The notes: generated by a model from the sequence alone, not told the origin. Positions 21,771 to 31,439 are shown, counted from the stretch's first letter. The stretch: 64,000 nt of DNA from an uncultured virus (IMG/VR IMGVR_UViG_3300009132_000003) (IMGVR_UViG_3300009132_000003); one strand, 5' to 3'. Program-made: numbers and translations.

Positions 21771-22370
21771 ATGGCAAGTATATTTCAGAATCTTGAGATC
21801 GAAGCGTTTAGAGCAGGTATTAACCCTCGGACAAAAGAATCAAGAGATTGGTTTAGAAGAAGAATTGGTGCACTACGTGGAGGAGCTTTGCGTAGGGTCA
21901 ATAGAAATCAGCTAATGAAAGATGACGAACTGACTTTAGAAAATAGAGCTATTATAGGCAATATGTATATGTTCTTCTATGATCCAAAACATAAAGATAC
22001 ATTACCATATTACGATGGTTTTCCTTTAGTGATACCAATCGGACCTGCAGAAAAAGGTTTTCTGGGTTTAAATTTACATTATCTGCCGCCAGCTTTAAGA
22101 GCAAAACTTCTTGATGGTCTTATGGATACAACAAATAATAAAATTTTTGATGAGTCAACTAAATTTAACGTAAAGTATAAACAATTAAAAACTGCGGCTA
22201 ATCTTAAATATTTTAAACCATGTGTAAAACATTATTTAAATTCACATGTAAGAAGTAGATTTGCAAAGGTTGAATCACCAGAATGGGAGATAGCAACGTT
22301 TCTTCCAACTGCATCTTGGAATAAGGCAAGTGGTTCTGCAGTATATACAGCATCAAGGAAAATGATCTAA
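21771..22370 (+). CDS. gp2: DNA end protector protein gp2
   Basis: MYMFFYDPKHKDTLPYYD.FPLV, GFLGLNLHYLPP, CVKHYL..HVRS. Confidence 0.92.
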   Translation: MASIFQNLEIEAFRAGINPRTKESRDWFRRRIGALRGGALRRVNRNQLMKDDELTLENRAIIGNMYMFFYDPKHKDTLPYYDGFPLVIPIGPAEKGFLGLNLHYLPPALRAKLLDGLMDTTNNKIFDESTKFNVKYKQLKTAANLKYFKPCVKHYLNSHVRSRFAKVESPEWEIATFLPTASWNKASGSAVYTASRKMI

Positions 22371-22918
22371 TGTTAGATATTAATTCATTTCAATCATCAC
22401 TTAAAGCAGGATTAGCAAGGAATAATTTATTTCGTGTTCAGCTTCCCACATTTGCTGATTTACCAGATATTACATCAAGTCAATTAAACTTTATGTGTAG
22501 AAATATTACACTGCCCGGCAGATCAATTAGTGTAAATGAAAGAGTAATTGGCATACCGAAAGCCGAAAAAGTTGCAAATGGATTTTTAATTGATGATATT
22601 AATATAACATTTATGCTCACAAATACGTATGAGGCAAAAAGATATTTTGATTATTGGACTGGTTTATCTATAAACTTTGATACATATGAATTGAAATACA
22701 AATATGGTTCAACAGCTGATGCAGGATATACAAAACAGGTTAAGATATACCAATTAAATAATGTAAATGAAGAAGTTTATGAGTGCACTCTAATAGATGC
22801 CTTTCCAACACTTGTAAACGCAATAGAATTTAGTAATGAACAAGGTGGTTTAAGTGAATTGAATATACAACTCTCTTATAATAACTGGAAAGGTGTTTAT
22901 AAAAACCCTAATAATTGA
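22370..22918 (+). CDS. gp54: Baseplate tail-tube initiator (gp54 / gp19-like)
   Basis: GLARNNLFRV, C....LPG, L.DAFP...IEFS, L.Y..W. Confidence 0.75.
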   Translation: MLDINSFQSSLKAGLARNNLFRVQLPTFADLPDITSSQLNFMCRNITLPGRSISVNERVIGIPKAEKVANGFLIDDINITFMLTNTYEAKRYFDYWTGLSINFDTYELKYKYGSTADAGYTKQVKIYQLNNVNEEVYECTLIDAFPTLVNAIEFSNEQGGLSELNIQLSYNNWKGVYKNPNN

Positions 22919-22937
22919 ATGAAATGAGGATGAAAAC

Positions 22938-23645
22938 ATGGCACTGCCAAAGTTAAATGATAAACCAAAGTATGAACTAGTTATACCTTCGTCTAAACAA
23001 AGTGTGAAATTTAGACCTTATTTGGTTAAAGAAGAAAAAGTATTGATGATGGCTCTTGAATCTCAAGATAAAGCCTCTTCATTGAATGCAGTAGTTGATA
23101 CTATTTCTTCATGTGTACAAGATGATTTTGATGCAAGTAAACTTACATTATTTGATATTGAATATATGTTTATTATGATTCGATCAAAATCTGTAGGTGA
23201 GGTAAGTCAACTCGGTTTATCTTGCAAACACTGTGAAAAAACTAATGAGGTTTCAGTACGACTAGATGATGTTAAAGTAGTACAGGATAATATAGTAGAA
23301 AAAGAAATTGAACTTGAAGAAAATATTACTTTGACTATGAGATACCCAAATTTTAATGATGTAATTAAACTTGAAGATGATAAATTAACTGAAACAGAAA
23401 AAACATTTATGCTTATTAGTAAATGTATGGAATCAATTGAAACTGAAGAAGAAAATATTATGCTTAAAGATGTTTCTGATGCTGAAGTAAATGAATTTAT
23501 CGAATCTTTAAATACTGAACAGTTTACTAAAGTAAGAGAATATGTTGAAAATATGCCAAGAGTTGAAAAAGAAATAAAATTTGTCTGTGGCAGCTGTGAA
23601 ACTGAAAATACAATGGTGTTAAGTGGTATAGATGATTTTTTTTAG
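22938..23645 (+). CDS. gp26: Baseplate hub subunit gp26
   Basis: MALPK...P.YEL..PS....KFRPYLVKEEK, FDIEY.F..IRSKSVGE, two CxxC, G..DFF. Confidence 0.92.
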   Translation: MALPKLNDKPKYELVIPSSKQSVKFRPYLVKEEKVLMMALESQDKASSLNAVVDTISSCVQDDFDASKLTLFDIEYMFIMIRSKSVGEVSQLGLSCKHCEKTNEVSVRLDDVKVVQDNIVEKEIELEENITLTMRYPNFNDVIKLEDDKLTETEKTFMLISKCMESIETEEENIMLKDVSDAEVNEFIESLNTEQFTKVREYVENMPRVEKEIKFVCGSCETENTMVLSGIDDFF

Positions 23646-23830
23646 TGGCTCTTTCTCATGATAATTTGGTAAATTATTATAAAACAAATTTTACAATGAT
23701 GCAAGAACATAAATATTCTTTGACTGAAATTGAAAATATGTTACCGTGGGAAAGAGAAATTTATATAGGTATGTTAGTTGATTATATTGAAAAAGAAAAT
23801 GAACGAATAAAACAACAGAATCAAGGATAA
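23645..23830 (+). CDS. gp51: Baseplate hub assembly protein gp51-like
   Basis: NYYKTNF.MMQ.HKYSLTEIENMLPWEREIY. Confidence 0.8.
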   Translation: MALSHDNLVNYYKTNFTMMQEHKYSLTEIENMLPWEREIYIGMLVDYIEKENERIKQQNQG

Positions 23831-23836
23831 AATCCT

Positions 23837-25585
23837 ATGGCTACATTAAGTAAAGTGATAGACACGCTAAACGAATCAAACGCTGGCGCGCAGCGTCGTC
23901 ATGCGGAAATCAAGATAAGCTTAGAAAAGGGCATATCTGATATATCACAGTCAATTGGTTCAATTCAAAGAGTGGGAATAAGAATCCCCGGTCTTAGTTT
24001 ATTATTGGCAGCTATCACTGATAACCCTATTACAAGAGCGATCGCGGCTATACCAAATAAGATTGTTAGAGCATTCACCGCACCCTTTAGAGCAATTATA
24101 GGTTTGACAAATAAAATTAAAGATACCGTAAGTGGCATTATTGGCGGTTTAGTTAATATATTTAAAGATTTTATAACAGCACCATTAAGTAAAGTATTTG
24201 GATTTTTTAAAGCACTATTTACTACAAACTTTGAAAAGGCAAATAATAAATTACTTGGTAAAATTTTAGATTCAATTAATTCTGTTGATTTAGGCTTGGA
24301 GGCATTTTTAAAATTCCTGAAAATAGATAGATTAGATAAGTTAAAAGGATCAAGTGATGGTGGTGGTGATATATCAACAGATGCGGGTGATAGTCAGCAA
24401 CCAAAAAAGAAAAGAGGTGGATTTTTAGGTGGTTTTAGTAGAGCATTAAAAATTGCTGTAGGGCTTATGACGGGTATTGGTTTAGCTCTTGTCGCAGAAA
24501 TTACAGGTTTTGATAAGTTTCTTAAGGCATTCTTTATATCAGCAAGATTTAAGAATATATTTAAAATACCTGCATCTATTGTAGAAACTATAGGTTCAGC
24601 ATTTCGTTTTCTTGGTAAGAGTGTTAGTGCAGTATTTGATATTATTAAAACAGGTTCGTTTACCCAAGCATTAAAAGGATTAGTGGAACTTTTATTTGGC
24701 GAAAAGATGATTAAAAACCTAAGTGGATTGATTAAAAACCTAAGTGGATTTACAAGAGTCTTTAGCTCTATTGGTCAGTTATTTTCTAGTATGGTTAAAA
24801 TTGCATCTGGAGCATTTAAGATACTTGGAACTATATTTAGGGCGGTAAAATTGTTTGCAAGATTTACTTTCCTTGCTCCACTAATCACGCTATTTGATTT
24901 TATAAAAGGTGCATTTAATGGTTTCGTAGACGCTGAAGGTGGGATATTTAAGAAATTATTGGGTGCTCTTGAAGGTGGTGTCTTAGGTATTATAAAAGGT
25001 ATCACAGCAGGTTTGGATGTTTTAATATTCGGTTTACCAGCATTTCTACTTGAGAAGTTGGGCTTTACTGGATTAGCAGAAAAATTTAGAGGATTCTCTA
25101 TCACAGCACTTGTAGATGATCTGTGGTCTAATATTAAAGGTCTATTTAGTAAACTTAATTTTAAAGAGCTTACAACTAGACTTGCAAACTTTAAAGATAA
25201 GATGCTAATAAATCTTTCAAAGATAAGTTTCTCAATACCAGACATTACAATTCCAATACCTAATTTTCTAGGTGGTGGAGACTTTAGACTTTTAAAAGGC
25301 TTCACGGTTGGTGTTTCTGATACTGGTGCCAGAGAAGCGCAAAGAAGAATTGATCAAAGAAATGCAGCACTTATACAAAGTCGTAATAGTGCTGAACAAG
25401 AATCAAGTGCTAGATTAAATAATGCACAAACACAATTATCAAATACTATTGATAATAGAAATATTAGTGCAGTTCAACAGAACAATGCAATTGACGCTCG
25501 GTCAACACAGAATAATACGACTGTGCTTAACCAAGCGCCTATGCCATCATCTTCTGATGGTTTTGATAGGATGGCTCCTATCTAG
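23837..25585 (+). CDS. Probable tape-measure protein (gp29-like)
   Basis: 582 aa, amphipathic G/F/I/K-rich helical sequence, follows gp26-gp51. Confidence 0.6.
   Translation: MATLSKVIDTLNESNAGAQRRHAEIKISLEKGISDISQSIGSIQRVGIRIPGLSLLLAAITDNPITRAIAAIPNKIVRAFTAPFRAIIGLTNKIKDTVSGIIGGLVNIFKDFITAPLSKVFGFFKALFTTNFEKANNKLLGKILDSINSVDLGLEAFLKFLKIDRLDKLKGSSDGGGDISTDAGDSQQPKKKRGGFLGGFSRALKIAVGLMTGIGLALVAEITGFDKFLKAFFISARFKNIFKIPASIVETIGSAFRFLGKSVSAVFDIIKTGSFTQALKGLVELLFGEKMIKNLSGLIKNLSGFTRVFSSIGQLFSSMVKIASGAFKILGTIFRAVKLFARFTFLAPLITLFDFIKGAFNGFVDAEGGIFKKLLGALEGGVLGIIKGITAGLDVLIFGLPAFLLEKLGFTGLAEKFRGFSITALVDDLWSNIKGLFSKLNFKELTTRLANFKDKMLINLSKISFSIPDITIPIPNFLGGGDFRLLKGFTVGVSDTGAREAQRRIDQRNAALIQSRNSAEQESSARLNNAQTQLSNTIDNRNISAVQQNNAIDARSTQNNTTVLNQAPMPSSSDGFDRMAPI
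24708..24750 (+). repeat. Perfect 21-bp tandem duplication (IKNLSG x2) in the tape-measure gene
   Basis: tgattaaaaacctaagtggat at 24708-24728 and 24729-24749. Confidence 0.9.
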
Positions 25586-26499
25586 TCTTCATTTACAAGA
25601 TTTGCAAAGTGTTTCATGATGTCATCATCTTCTTCTGAAGTTGATGCTGAAGCCATCTCTGCAGTCTCCATTTGAACAGGCTCTGCTGTTCTCATTGGTG
25701 GTGCTGGCTGTGGTTCTCCCAAAGATTCTTCTTGCTTCATTGTTGGTGCTCCAACGGAAGCTTGCTCTCCAAGAACAGCCATAAGTTTAGCTTGTAGTTC
25801 ATCATATGTTTTATAATTCTTCGGATCAGTGTATTCACGCAGATCATGAAGTTGATTATAAATTTCTTCAAGATAAGTATCGTCTGAAGATAGTTCAGTC
25901 TGAGCAGCAAACTCTGACTTATCATAATTACGATACCCTTCTACATCACGAATTTTCAATTTAAAGTTAGCACCACTCCAAAAATCAAATGGATTGATAG
26001 GATCTTCATCTTGAAATTCTGGTTGCATAGCATCCATCAATTTATCAAAGATTTTCTTTCCATACTGGAATAAGAATACCTTACCTTCATTAGCTGGATT
26101 GCCTGGATCTGAAACAACTAGAATATTTGAAACATGATGTAAGCGTCGTTTTTGTTTACGAGCAATTTCTTTATCTGATTCAATACCAGAGTTCCATAGT
26201 TTACTGTTTAATTCGCCTACTGGATCGTTTTGTCCAATAGAAGTAAGAGAACGCTCAATATACCAACGACCTGTTGGGCCTTTAAAACCATGATCCCAAT
26301 AACGGTTCCATGGGAGTTCTGATCCTTCAGATGCTGGGAGAAAGCGGATAACTGCATAACCATTATTAGATTTATCTACAGTTGGTTTCCAAATTCGATC
26401 ATCAGTGTATTTATTGCCCTGATTTGTATTAGTAGCCTCTGCTGCTTTTACAAGTTGATCGATTGCGTTACGATTGCGTTTTAGATTTGCGAATGACAT
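25582..26499 (-). CDS. gp32: Single-stranded DNA-binding protein gp32
   Basis: DDRIWKP..DK..NGYAVIRFLPA, HGF.GP.G.WYIE, GKKIFDK, NFKLKI...GYRNYDKSEF, acidic tail. Confidence 0.95.
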   Translation of the reverse strand: MSFANLKRNRNAIDQLVKAAEATNTNQGNKYTDDRIWKPTVDKSNNGYAVIRFLPASEGSELPWNRYWDHGFKGPTGRWYIERSLTSIGQNDPVGELNSKLWNSGIESDKEIARKQKRRLHHVSNILVVSDPGNPANEGKVFLFQYGKKIFDKLMDAMQPEFQDEDPINPFDFWSGANFKLKIRDVEGYRNYDKSEFAAQTELSSDDTYLEEIYNQLHDLREYTDPKNYKTYDELQAKLMAVLGEQASVGAPTMKQEESLGEPQPAPPMRTAEPVQMETAEMASASTSEEDDDIMKHFANLVNED

Positions 26500-26545
26500 A
26501 TTTTGTTTTCCTTATACTGAAATATATTTTTGTATGTACTGTAAT

Positions 26546-26574
26546 ATTATACAACATTTTGACTTTGTTGTACA
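26546..26574 (-). promoter_or_regulatory. Sigma70-type promoter for gp32 overlapped by an inverted repeat
   Basis: TGTACA-17-TATAAT; TACAACA-N9-TGTTGTA at 26550-26572. Confidence 0.6.
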
Positions 26575-26580
26575 GAGTAT

Positions 26581-26817
26581 TTATTCAAAAAGAAGCTCAT
26601 TTTGCCTTGGTAAAAAATTTAATTTCATTGCTTCAGCTTCAATCTTCTCTTTGATTAGAGGCGAGATATACTTTTTTACATCTTCTGGATCTATATTAGT
26701 AATCTCACATGCTTCTACTACGGCATCAATGTACCCTAGTTTTTTTACTAGAACCTGTTCCTCTATAAGTTTTGTAAACTTAGCACGGTTCATAAAGTTT
26801 GTTTTTTCTTCGATCAT
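26581..26817 (-). CDS. gp33: Late transcription co-activator gp33
   Basis: F...IE..V......YIDAV...CE...ID.E.V.K.IS..IKEKIEAEA..LNFL. Confidence 0.9.
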   Translation of the reverse strand: MIEEKTNFMNRAKFTKLIEEQVLVKKLGYIDAVVEACEITNIDPEDVKKYISPLIKEKIEAEAMKLNFLPRQNELLFE

Positions 26818-27920
26818 CTATCGAGTGCCCTTAATATAATAGTGTCTTTATTGATCCTTCCATTTGCTTTTCCGGATTTAGTAGTAAGTTTACCCCACTC
26901 TTTGTTAATTTGATTAGGGGTCTTTTTAAGAGCCAAAGGTAAAAACTCCTCTGGTTTTCTTAATCTGATATTGCGTGATACATCTTCATCTATTCCCTTA
27001 ATAGTAGTACCACTCACTTCAAAGCCTTGTGCTAATCTACAAACTAATTCTGTAATTAGCCTTGACTTTACATTAAACAAATATATCCTATTAGCGCCTA
27101 CAACATTAGTAGGATTAATAGAAACTAATTTATGCTCCTTTGACTCCTTAAGATAAGTTAATCTTGCAACTTGTTTATCTGCAGTTTTAACTTTAGGGGT
27201 TCTTGTTTTTCTCTGTGCTTTCTTAGAAGCCATATAGCGTTCTGCATCAGTAACAATATCTTCTAAGAATTTCATATATGCCTTCTTTTCTTTAGCAGTC
27301 ATATGTCTATATGCTTCTACTAAATCCTCTGGCTTCTTTGTAATTAATTCTTGCATCTCTTTTAATTGAGGAAGATAATACTCATAAATTCCTCTAGCTG
27401 TATTATTAGGAGCATCTATCTTTTTTAATTCGTCATAAACAGATAATCCAGATACTTCTGGGAAGGCATCTATCTTTTCTTCTATACCAGCAATAAAATC
27501 AGAAGTGCGTTCTTTTACAATATCTGCAATAGTACGCTTAGGGGCAGTATCAACTTCTTCTTCTTCTTTTAATTCTGCTTTCTTTCTGCCTTTTTCTAAA
27601 ATCTCTGCAACTCTTTTTCTAATTACTTCTTCTCCATTCCAATCAGATGGAAAAGGATTACCTAAATTTTTCCAAGCAATAGTTGCAGATAAATATGGTA
27701 GTGAAGTAAAAGCCCATTCTGGTGCTTTCAGCGCAAGTTGAGCATCTGCTTTCTTAAGATGTTTACGGATATAATCTTTTATGACCTGAGTCAATTCTTT
27801 CTTGTCTACCTCTAAACGAAGGTAATCATTAAAGTGACGAAAGTTGTTCGTTGGAGCAGCAGCAATACCTGTACGTGCTCTACGAGAATAAACTTTTTTG
27901 ATCTTTGCTCTTTTAGCCAT
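26814..27920 (-). CDS. Conserved hypothetical protein of marine T4-like phages
   Basis: 368-aa basic ORF with LVSINP..VVGA, GFEVSGTTI, LRKPEE, NGRIN.DTIIL; good promoter upstream. Confidence 0.7.
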   Translation of the reverse strand: MAKRAKIKKVYSRRARTGIAAAPTNNFRHFNDYLRLEVDKKELTQVIKDYIRKHLKKADAQLALKAPEWAFTSLPYLSATIAWKNLGNPFPSDWNGEEVIRKRVAEILEKGRKKAELKEEEEVDTAPKRTIADIVKERTSDFIAGIEEKIDAFPEVSGLSVYDELKKIDAPNNTARGIYEYYLPQLKEMQELITKKPEDLVEAYRHMTAKEKKAYMKFLEDIVTDAERYMASKKAQRKTRTPKVKTADKQVARLTYLKESKEHKLVSINPTNVVGANRIYLFNVKSRLITELVCRLAQGFEVSGTTIKGIDEDVSRNIRLRKPEEFLPLALKKTPNQINKEWGKLTTKSGKANGRINKDTIILRALDR

Positions 27921-27948
27921 GATACAATAATTCCTCTATGATAATATT

Positions 27949-27977
27949 ATTATATCATAGTTAAAAGGCTTTGTAAA
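27949..27977 (-). promoter_or_regulatory. Early sigma70-type promoter
   Basis: TTTACA-17-TATAAT with extended -10 TG and an A-rich UP element. Confidence 0.8.
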
Positions 27978-27987
27978 CCTTTTTTTA

Positions 27988-28197
27988 TTAAAATTCTTCG
28001 TTAAGTTTAATTAATTCTATCTCTCCATCGCGATCACGACGATGTTTTAGATAGCCTTCGTGACACAGATACAACATAGTTTGTTCTATTAGTTGATCGT
28101 CTTTTTGTTTACTATGATTACGACCAATAGAGTACGAACAATAAAATACTCCAAAAAGGCCTATTGCTAAAATGATTTCTGGATCTATACCAAACAT
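27988..28197 (-). CDS. Small membrane protein
   Basis: N-terminal hydrophobic segment; SD and TATAAATA (28220-28227) upstream. Confidence 0.6.
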   Translation of the reverse strand: MFGIDPEIILAIGLFGVFYCSYSIGRNHSKQKDDQLIEQTMLYLCHEGYLKHRRDRDGEIELIKLNEEF

Positions 28198-28218
28198 GTT
28201 ATTCCTTTATTATTTAAA

Positions 28219-28461
28219 TTATTTATATGCGTCTGATAGTGCTTCTGTTACATATACACCTTCAGCGCACTTCATAGATGCAAGTATTTCATTAAACATA
28301 AATGGCGATAATGCTATAACATCATATCTTCCAGTCTTAGCATTAAACTGTCTCACATATACATATTCATCAGTCATAATGACTTGAACATCTTCTTGTT
28401 TTGCATCATTATCTACTACAGTAATTATAGTGTGATCGAATTCATTTTCAATACTAAACAT
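28219..28461 (-). CDS. Hypothetical protein
   Basis: 80-aa ORF coupled to the upstream stop. Confidence 0.6.
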   Translation of the reverse strand: MFSIENEFDHTIITVVDNDAKQEDVQVIMTDEYVYVRQFNAKTGRYDVIALSPFMFNEILASMKCAEGVYVTEALSDAYK

Positions 28462-28808
28462 TACCGGCGCATACTTGCAGCATCTACTGCAGCCTGTTTA
28501 TTATCTTTACGAATCGGCATTAGATTAGATTTATGAGTAACTACAATACCAGCAATTTCATCACCTGTATATTTTGTGCTTTCTTTGCGAGTGCCATTAC
28601 TACAAATTTTATCTGAAGTTGAAATTCTAGGGCTATTTTCACGATAGTTTGGAATATCTGAACGATAGTCTGATTTTTTACCAGTTACACCCATACGCTT
28701 TAGAAATTCATCGTGCTCTTGAAGTGTATTCTTCCAGCCGGGTTTCTTTTTTATTTTACGCTTCTTAGTATTTAAAGAAGACATTCCGCGTACTAAATGC
28801 ATAGTCAT
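28461..28808 (-). CDS. Conserved hypothetical basic protein
   Basis: KYTG..I.GI...HKSNL.PI......A.D.ASMRR; AGGAG SD. Confidence 0.65.
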   Translation of the reverse strand: MTMHLVRGMSSLNTKKRKIKKKPGWKNTLQEHDEFLKRMGVTGKKSDYRSDIPNYRENSPRISTSDKICSNGTRKESTKYTGDEIAGIVVTHKSNLMPIRKDNKQAAVDAASMRR

Positions 28809-28862
28809 TTGGTTAACTCCTTTTATAGTATTTATCTACTTTAGGATGCAGCAACTATTTTA

Positions 28863-29177
28863 TCAATCAAACTGATAATCTTTTAGCGCATCTTTCAATG
28901 CACGAGCTTTTTCATTACACACAAAGCTAATTACACTGTCCACTCTAAAAGACCGCCAACCTTCAGCATTTACATCCCACACAGGAATAACCTCTTCGTT
29001 AATAGATCGAACTTTCTTTTGAGAAAGAGGATCTTCTTTCTTAGCAGGAGGAATGATATTTGGTTGAAGAGTACATACCATATCACGTTCTTCACCATTT
29101 GTTTTCTTAAAAATTACACGACACTCCGATTGTAGCAATCGAGTCATCATATAATCACGTGTCATTTCTTCAGTCAT
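28863..29177 (-). CDS. SH3/Sm-like (WYL_2/DUF2693-like) protein
   Basis: VIFKK.NGEER.M.CTL, VWDV...GWRSFR.DSV; start reassigned to ATG 29177 downstream of the promoter. Confidence 0.65.
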   Translation of the reverse strand: MTEEMTRDYMMTRLLQSECRVIFKKTNGEERDMVCTLQPNIIPPAKKEDPLSQKKVRSINEEVIPVWDVNAEGWRSFRVDSVISFVCNEKARALKDALKDYQFD

Positions 29178-29217
29178 TTTATTCGTCTCTTTCTTTTTGA
29201 TTATTAATTGCATATAT

Positions 29218-29246
29218 AATATAGCGTGATTCGCTGTATCTGTCAA
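29218..29246 (-). promoter_or_regulatory. Early sigma70-type promoter with a GANTC site in the spacer
   Basis: TTGACA-17-TATATT; TGATTCG at 29227-29233 (+ strand). Confidence 0.75.
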
Positions 29247-29249
29247 CCA

Positions 29250-29429
29250 CTACTTGATCAAAATCATTAGTGGATAGTCATTGCCACCGATGGTGTCCAG
29301 AGTGAAGTCAGCATAGTCTTCGCCCCACCCGCATCCGGTTTCAACAAATTCCCTGCGAACTTCAACAGTGGCAGGATCCCTACCGTCGCACAACATTTCC
29401 AGTTCCTTGATCATATCAGCTACAGTCAT
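29250..29429 (-). CDS. Small hypothetical protein (59 aa, not in track)
   Basis: MTVADMIKELEMLCDGRDP...; ATGA overlap with upstream gene; locally higher GC. Confidence 0.55.
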   Translation of the reverse strand: MTVADMIKELEMLCDGRDPATVEVRREFVETGCGWGEDYADFTLDTIGGNDYPLMILIK

Positions 29430-29605
29430 TTTGTTACCTTTTCTTTATGAATTCTTGTTAATGGCGGATCAATTGATTTATCAATCTTTTTCATTTTTGA
29501 TTTTAAATGATCCTGATATAGATACCACATTGCAACAACAATATACACTGCTAATATTAAAAATCCAAAAATAACAACATCAAAAATATATTCATCAGCT
29601 GGCAT
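29426..29605 (-). CDS. Small membrane protein
   Basis: One hydrophobic helix; start MPADEY. Confidence 0.5.
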   Translation of the reverse strand: MPADEYIFDVVIFGFLILAVYIVVAMWYLYQDHLKSKMKKIDKSIDPPLTRIHKEKVTK

Positions 29606-29807
29606 TTTCTGTTTCTCCGTTTTTTGATAGAGGAATAGTCTTTGTTTCAAATTTATTTTCTGTTTTTTCTACTACAGGAATATTTTTTAACATCTCAATA
29701 TAAGGTTTCCATTCCTCAATAGTAGCTTCAGCGTTTGTTAATCGGCGATCTAAATAACTAAGGTATGTATAACTAACCATCAATAAAATCCAAATAACAA
29801 TATCCAA
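29595..29807 (-). CDS. Small hypothetical (membrane-anchored) protein
   Basis: ORF track, N-terminal hydrophobic stretch. Confidence 0.5.
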   Translation of the reverse strand: MDIVIWILLMVSYTYLSYLDRRLTNAEATIEEWKPYIEMLKNIPVVEKTENKFETKTIPLSKNGETENAS

Positions 29808-29913
29808 ATTCAGAACGAGACTTATGAGAGTCTAAATCAAGTTTACATTTTTCCATACGACGAAGTACGGCTAGTGTCGGGCGACCTTTACGATCTACTT
29901 TAACTGCCCACAT
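29773..29913 (-). CDS. Small hypothetical protein (46 aa, not in track)
   Basis: AGGAG SD then MWAVKVDRKGRP... Confidence 0.5.
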   Translation of the reverse strand: MWAVKVDRKGRPTLAVLRRMEKCKLDLDSHKSRSEFGYCYLDFIDG

Positions 29914-29924
29914 TTTATTCTCCT

Positions 29925-30140
29925 TTACAATTCTTCTAAAATACCCAGAAATTCAGCCAACGTTAAAGATACGCCGGTGAAAATTATTAAATAGCCAACA
30001 TGATCTGGAAATTCATATTGATACTCATGAATACTTATCATAAATCCAGCCAATGTTAAAGATACACTAGCAGCAATTCTAATAAAACTTTTAAATAGAC
30101 TAATGATAAAGTGTTTTCTGCTTGGATCTACTGGTTCCAT
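29925..30140 (-). CDS. Small two-helix membrane protein
   Basis: H..IS..KS.IRI...LAE.LGILEEL pattern with two hydrophobic helices. Confidence 0.6.
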   Translation of the reverse strand: MEPVDPSRKHFIISLFKSFIRIAASVSLTLAGFMISIHEYQYEFPDHVGYLIIFTGVSLTLAEFLGILEEL

Positions 30141-30343
30141 TATACTTTGTCTCCTTTTTCTACATCTTCAATAAGAGGAAGACATTCTATCTTTCTCGTG
30201 GAAGTTTCATCCATATATAACGCTAACAACCAAGTCCCAGGAACTATTAGTATAAGAAGTATTAAAGATACTATATACATTGCATCTTTAAAGCCATTTA
30301 AATGCGATATCCTTTTAATCCTTGTAATTTCATCATAATCCAT
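30140..30343 (-). CDS. Small membrane protein
   Basis: Single hydrophobic helix; coupled to neighbours. Confidence 0.55.
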   Translation of the reverse strand: MDYDEITRIKRISHLNGFKDAMYIVSLILLILIVPGTWLLALYMDETSTRKIECLPLIEDVEKGDKV

Positions 30344-30575
30344 TTATATTCTCCAAACCTATCATTTTTTTAATTTCGTCATAAGTTTCTAGTGTTTTAA
30401 CAATATAATTGTGTACACTAATTTTAGTTTTAGGATGATATTCTAGCGCATCATCATGCCAGTAAATAGGTTGGATAAGTATAATCTTACTTACATCAAT
30501 TACCGCTTCAGTATTATCATGAAGATGTACTTCAATAAATTTAGATTTATTGGATTTATTTTGCCAAAATTTCAT
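30333..30575 (-). CDS. Hypothetical protein
   Basis: FIEVH...IDVSKI...V.ETYDEIKKMI; overlaps neighbours. Confidence 0.55.
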   Translation of the reverse strand: MKFWQNKSNKSKFIEVHLHDNTEAVIDVSKIILIQPIYWHDDALEYHPKTKISVHNYIVKTLETYDEIKKMIGLENINGL

Positions 30576-30955
30576 TTTAATTCTTTTTTATAATTAAGAA
30601 CTGATTTACTTATATACATTGGTCGACGGTACAACCTAGGACCATAGAATTCAAGTCCTTCTGTTATAAGATATTCAATTAGTGCGCCTGTCTCTGTATT
30701 TGTAGCCGTCCACTTTAAGGCACGGCGCGTTTTGTGTACCACAACTTCAACAGGCTTTGTTTCAATTCTTACTTCAACATTAGCACCAGATGAACATTCA
30801 TAAATAATGTCTCCAACTTCAAACTCAAAAATTTCATTAAATGATATTGTCATTATTTCACCATAATACTGAATAAGTTGATCAGCAGAGAAACGCTTAG
30901 TTCCAAGAAACTGTGCCATTTCTTCATTTAGCTTTTGGATAGTACGTTTTAACAC
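30572..30955 (-). CDS. Hypothetical protein
   Basis: 127-aa ORF in a tight operon. Confidence 0.55.
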   Translation of the reverse strand: MLKRTIQKLNEEMAQFLGTKRFSADQLIQYYGEIMTISFNEIFEFEVGDIIYECSSGANVEVRIETKPVEVVVHKTRRALKWTATNTETGALIEYLITEGLEFYGPRLYRRPMYISKSVLNYKKELK

Positions 30956-31221
30956 TCATCAGATGATATCTCCGCGGTCATTGCATCTTTCATACTCAAA
31001 GTTTTAAGACGGGTTGCCTCATCAGATGATTCATCCCAATAATACTTGGATTCCTCATTACTTTCCAATACTGCAAGATCTTTTGTTAACCTGTTAAGAG
31101 TCTCCTCAAACGAAGCAGCTGTATCTCTTAAATTATGAATCAGATGAACAGTCATCTCGATTTCACGCTTAAGTGTTTCTATCCTGTTGTTCATTTTGCT
31201 GGTGGTATTAACTGTCATCAT
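30949..31221 (-). CDS. Hypothetical coiled-coil protein
   Basis: 90-aa ORF in the operon. Confidence 0.55.
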   Translation of the reverse strand: MMTVNTTSKMNNRIETLKREIEMTVHLIHNLRDTAASFEETLNRLTKDLAVLESNEESKYYWDESSDEATRLKTLSMKDAMTAEISSDEC

Positions 31222-31233
31222 TAATTCTCTTTG

Positions 31234-31401
31234 TTAATAGGTTTCATGAACACGGAAGATTGTACTTATCGGGTACTTATAAACCATACGAACGTCACCA
31301 TCCATCCACTCTACACAAAACATATCACCTTTTTGATAAGTTGATTTTGCGTTAATTATCATAGGTTGTGATAGGCGATCAGCCCAAATCATTACTTTCA
31401 T
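31234..31401 (-). CDS. Small hypothetical protein (55 aa, not in track)
   Basis: AGGAG SD, MKVMIWADRLSQP..., directly downstream of an early promoter. Confidence 0.6.
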   Translation of the reverse strand: MKVMIWADRLSQPMIINAKSTYQKGDMFCVEWMDGDVRMVYKYPISTIFRVHETY

Positions 31402-31439
31402 CTATTATCTCCTTTAGATTTAAGACTGTATATTATTCT

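Noticed and set aside
26500..26580. Absence of gp59 between gp33 and gp32
   Set aside because: It may lie outside the window, so absence cannot be judged here
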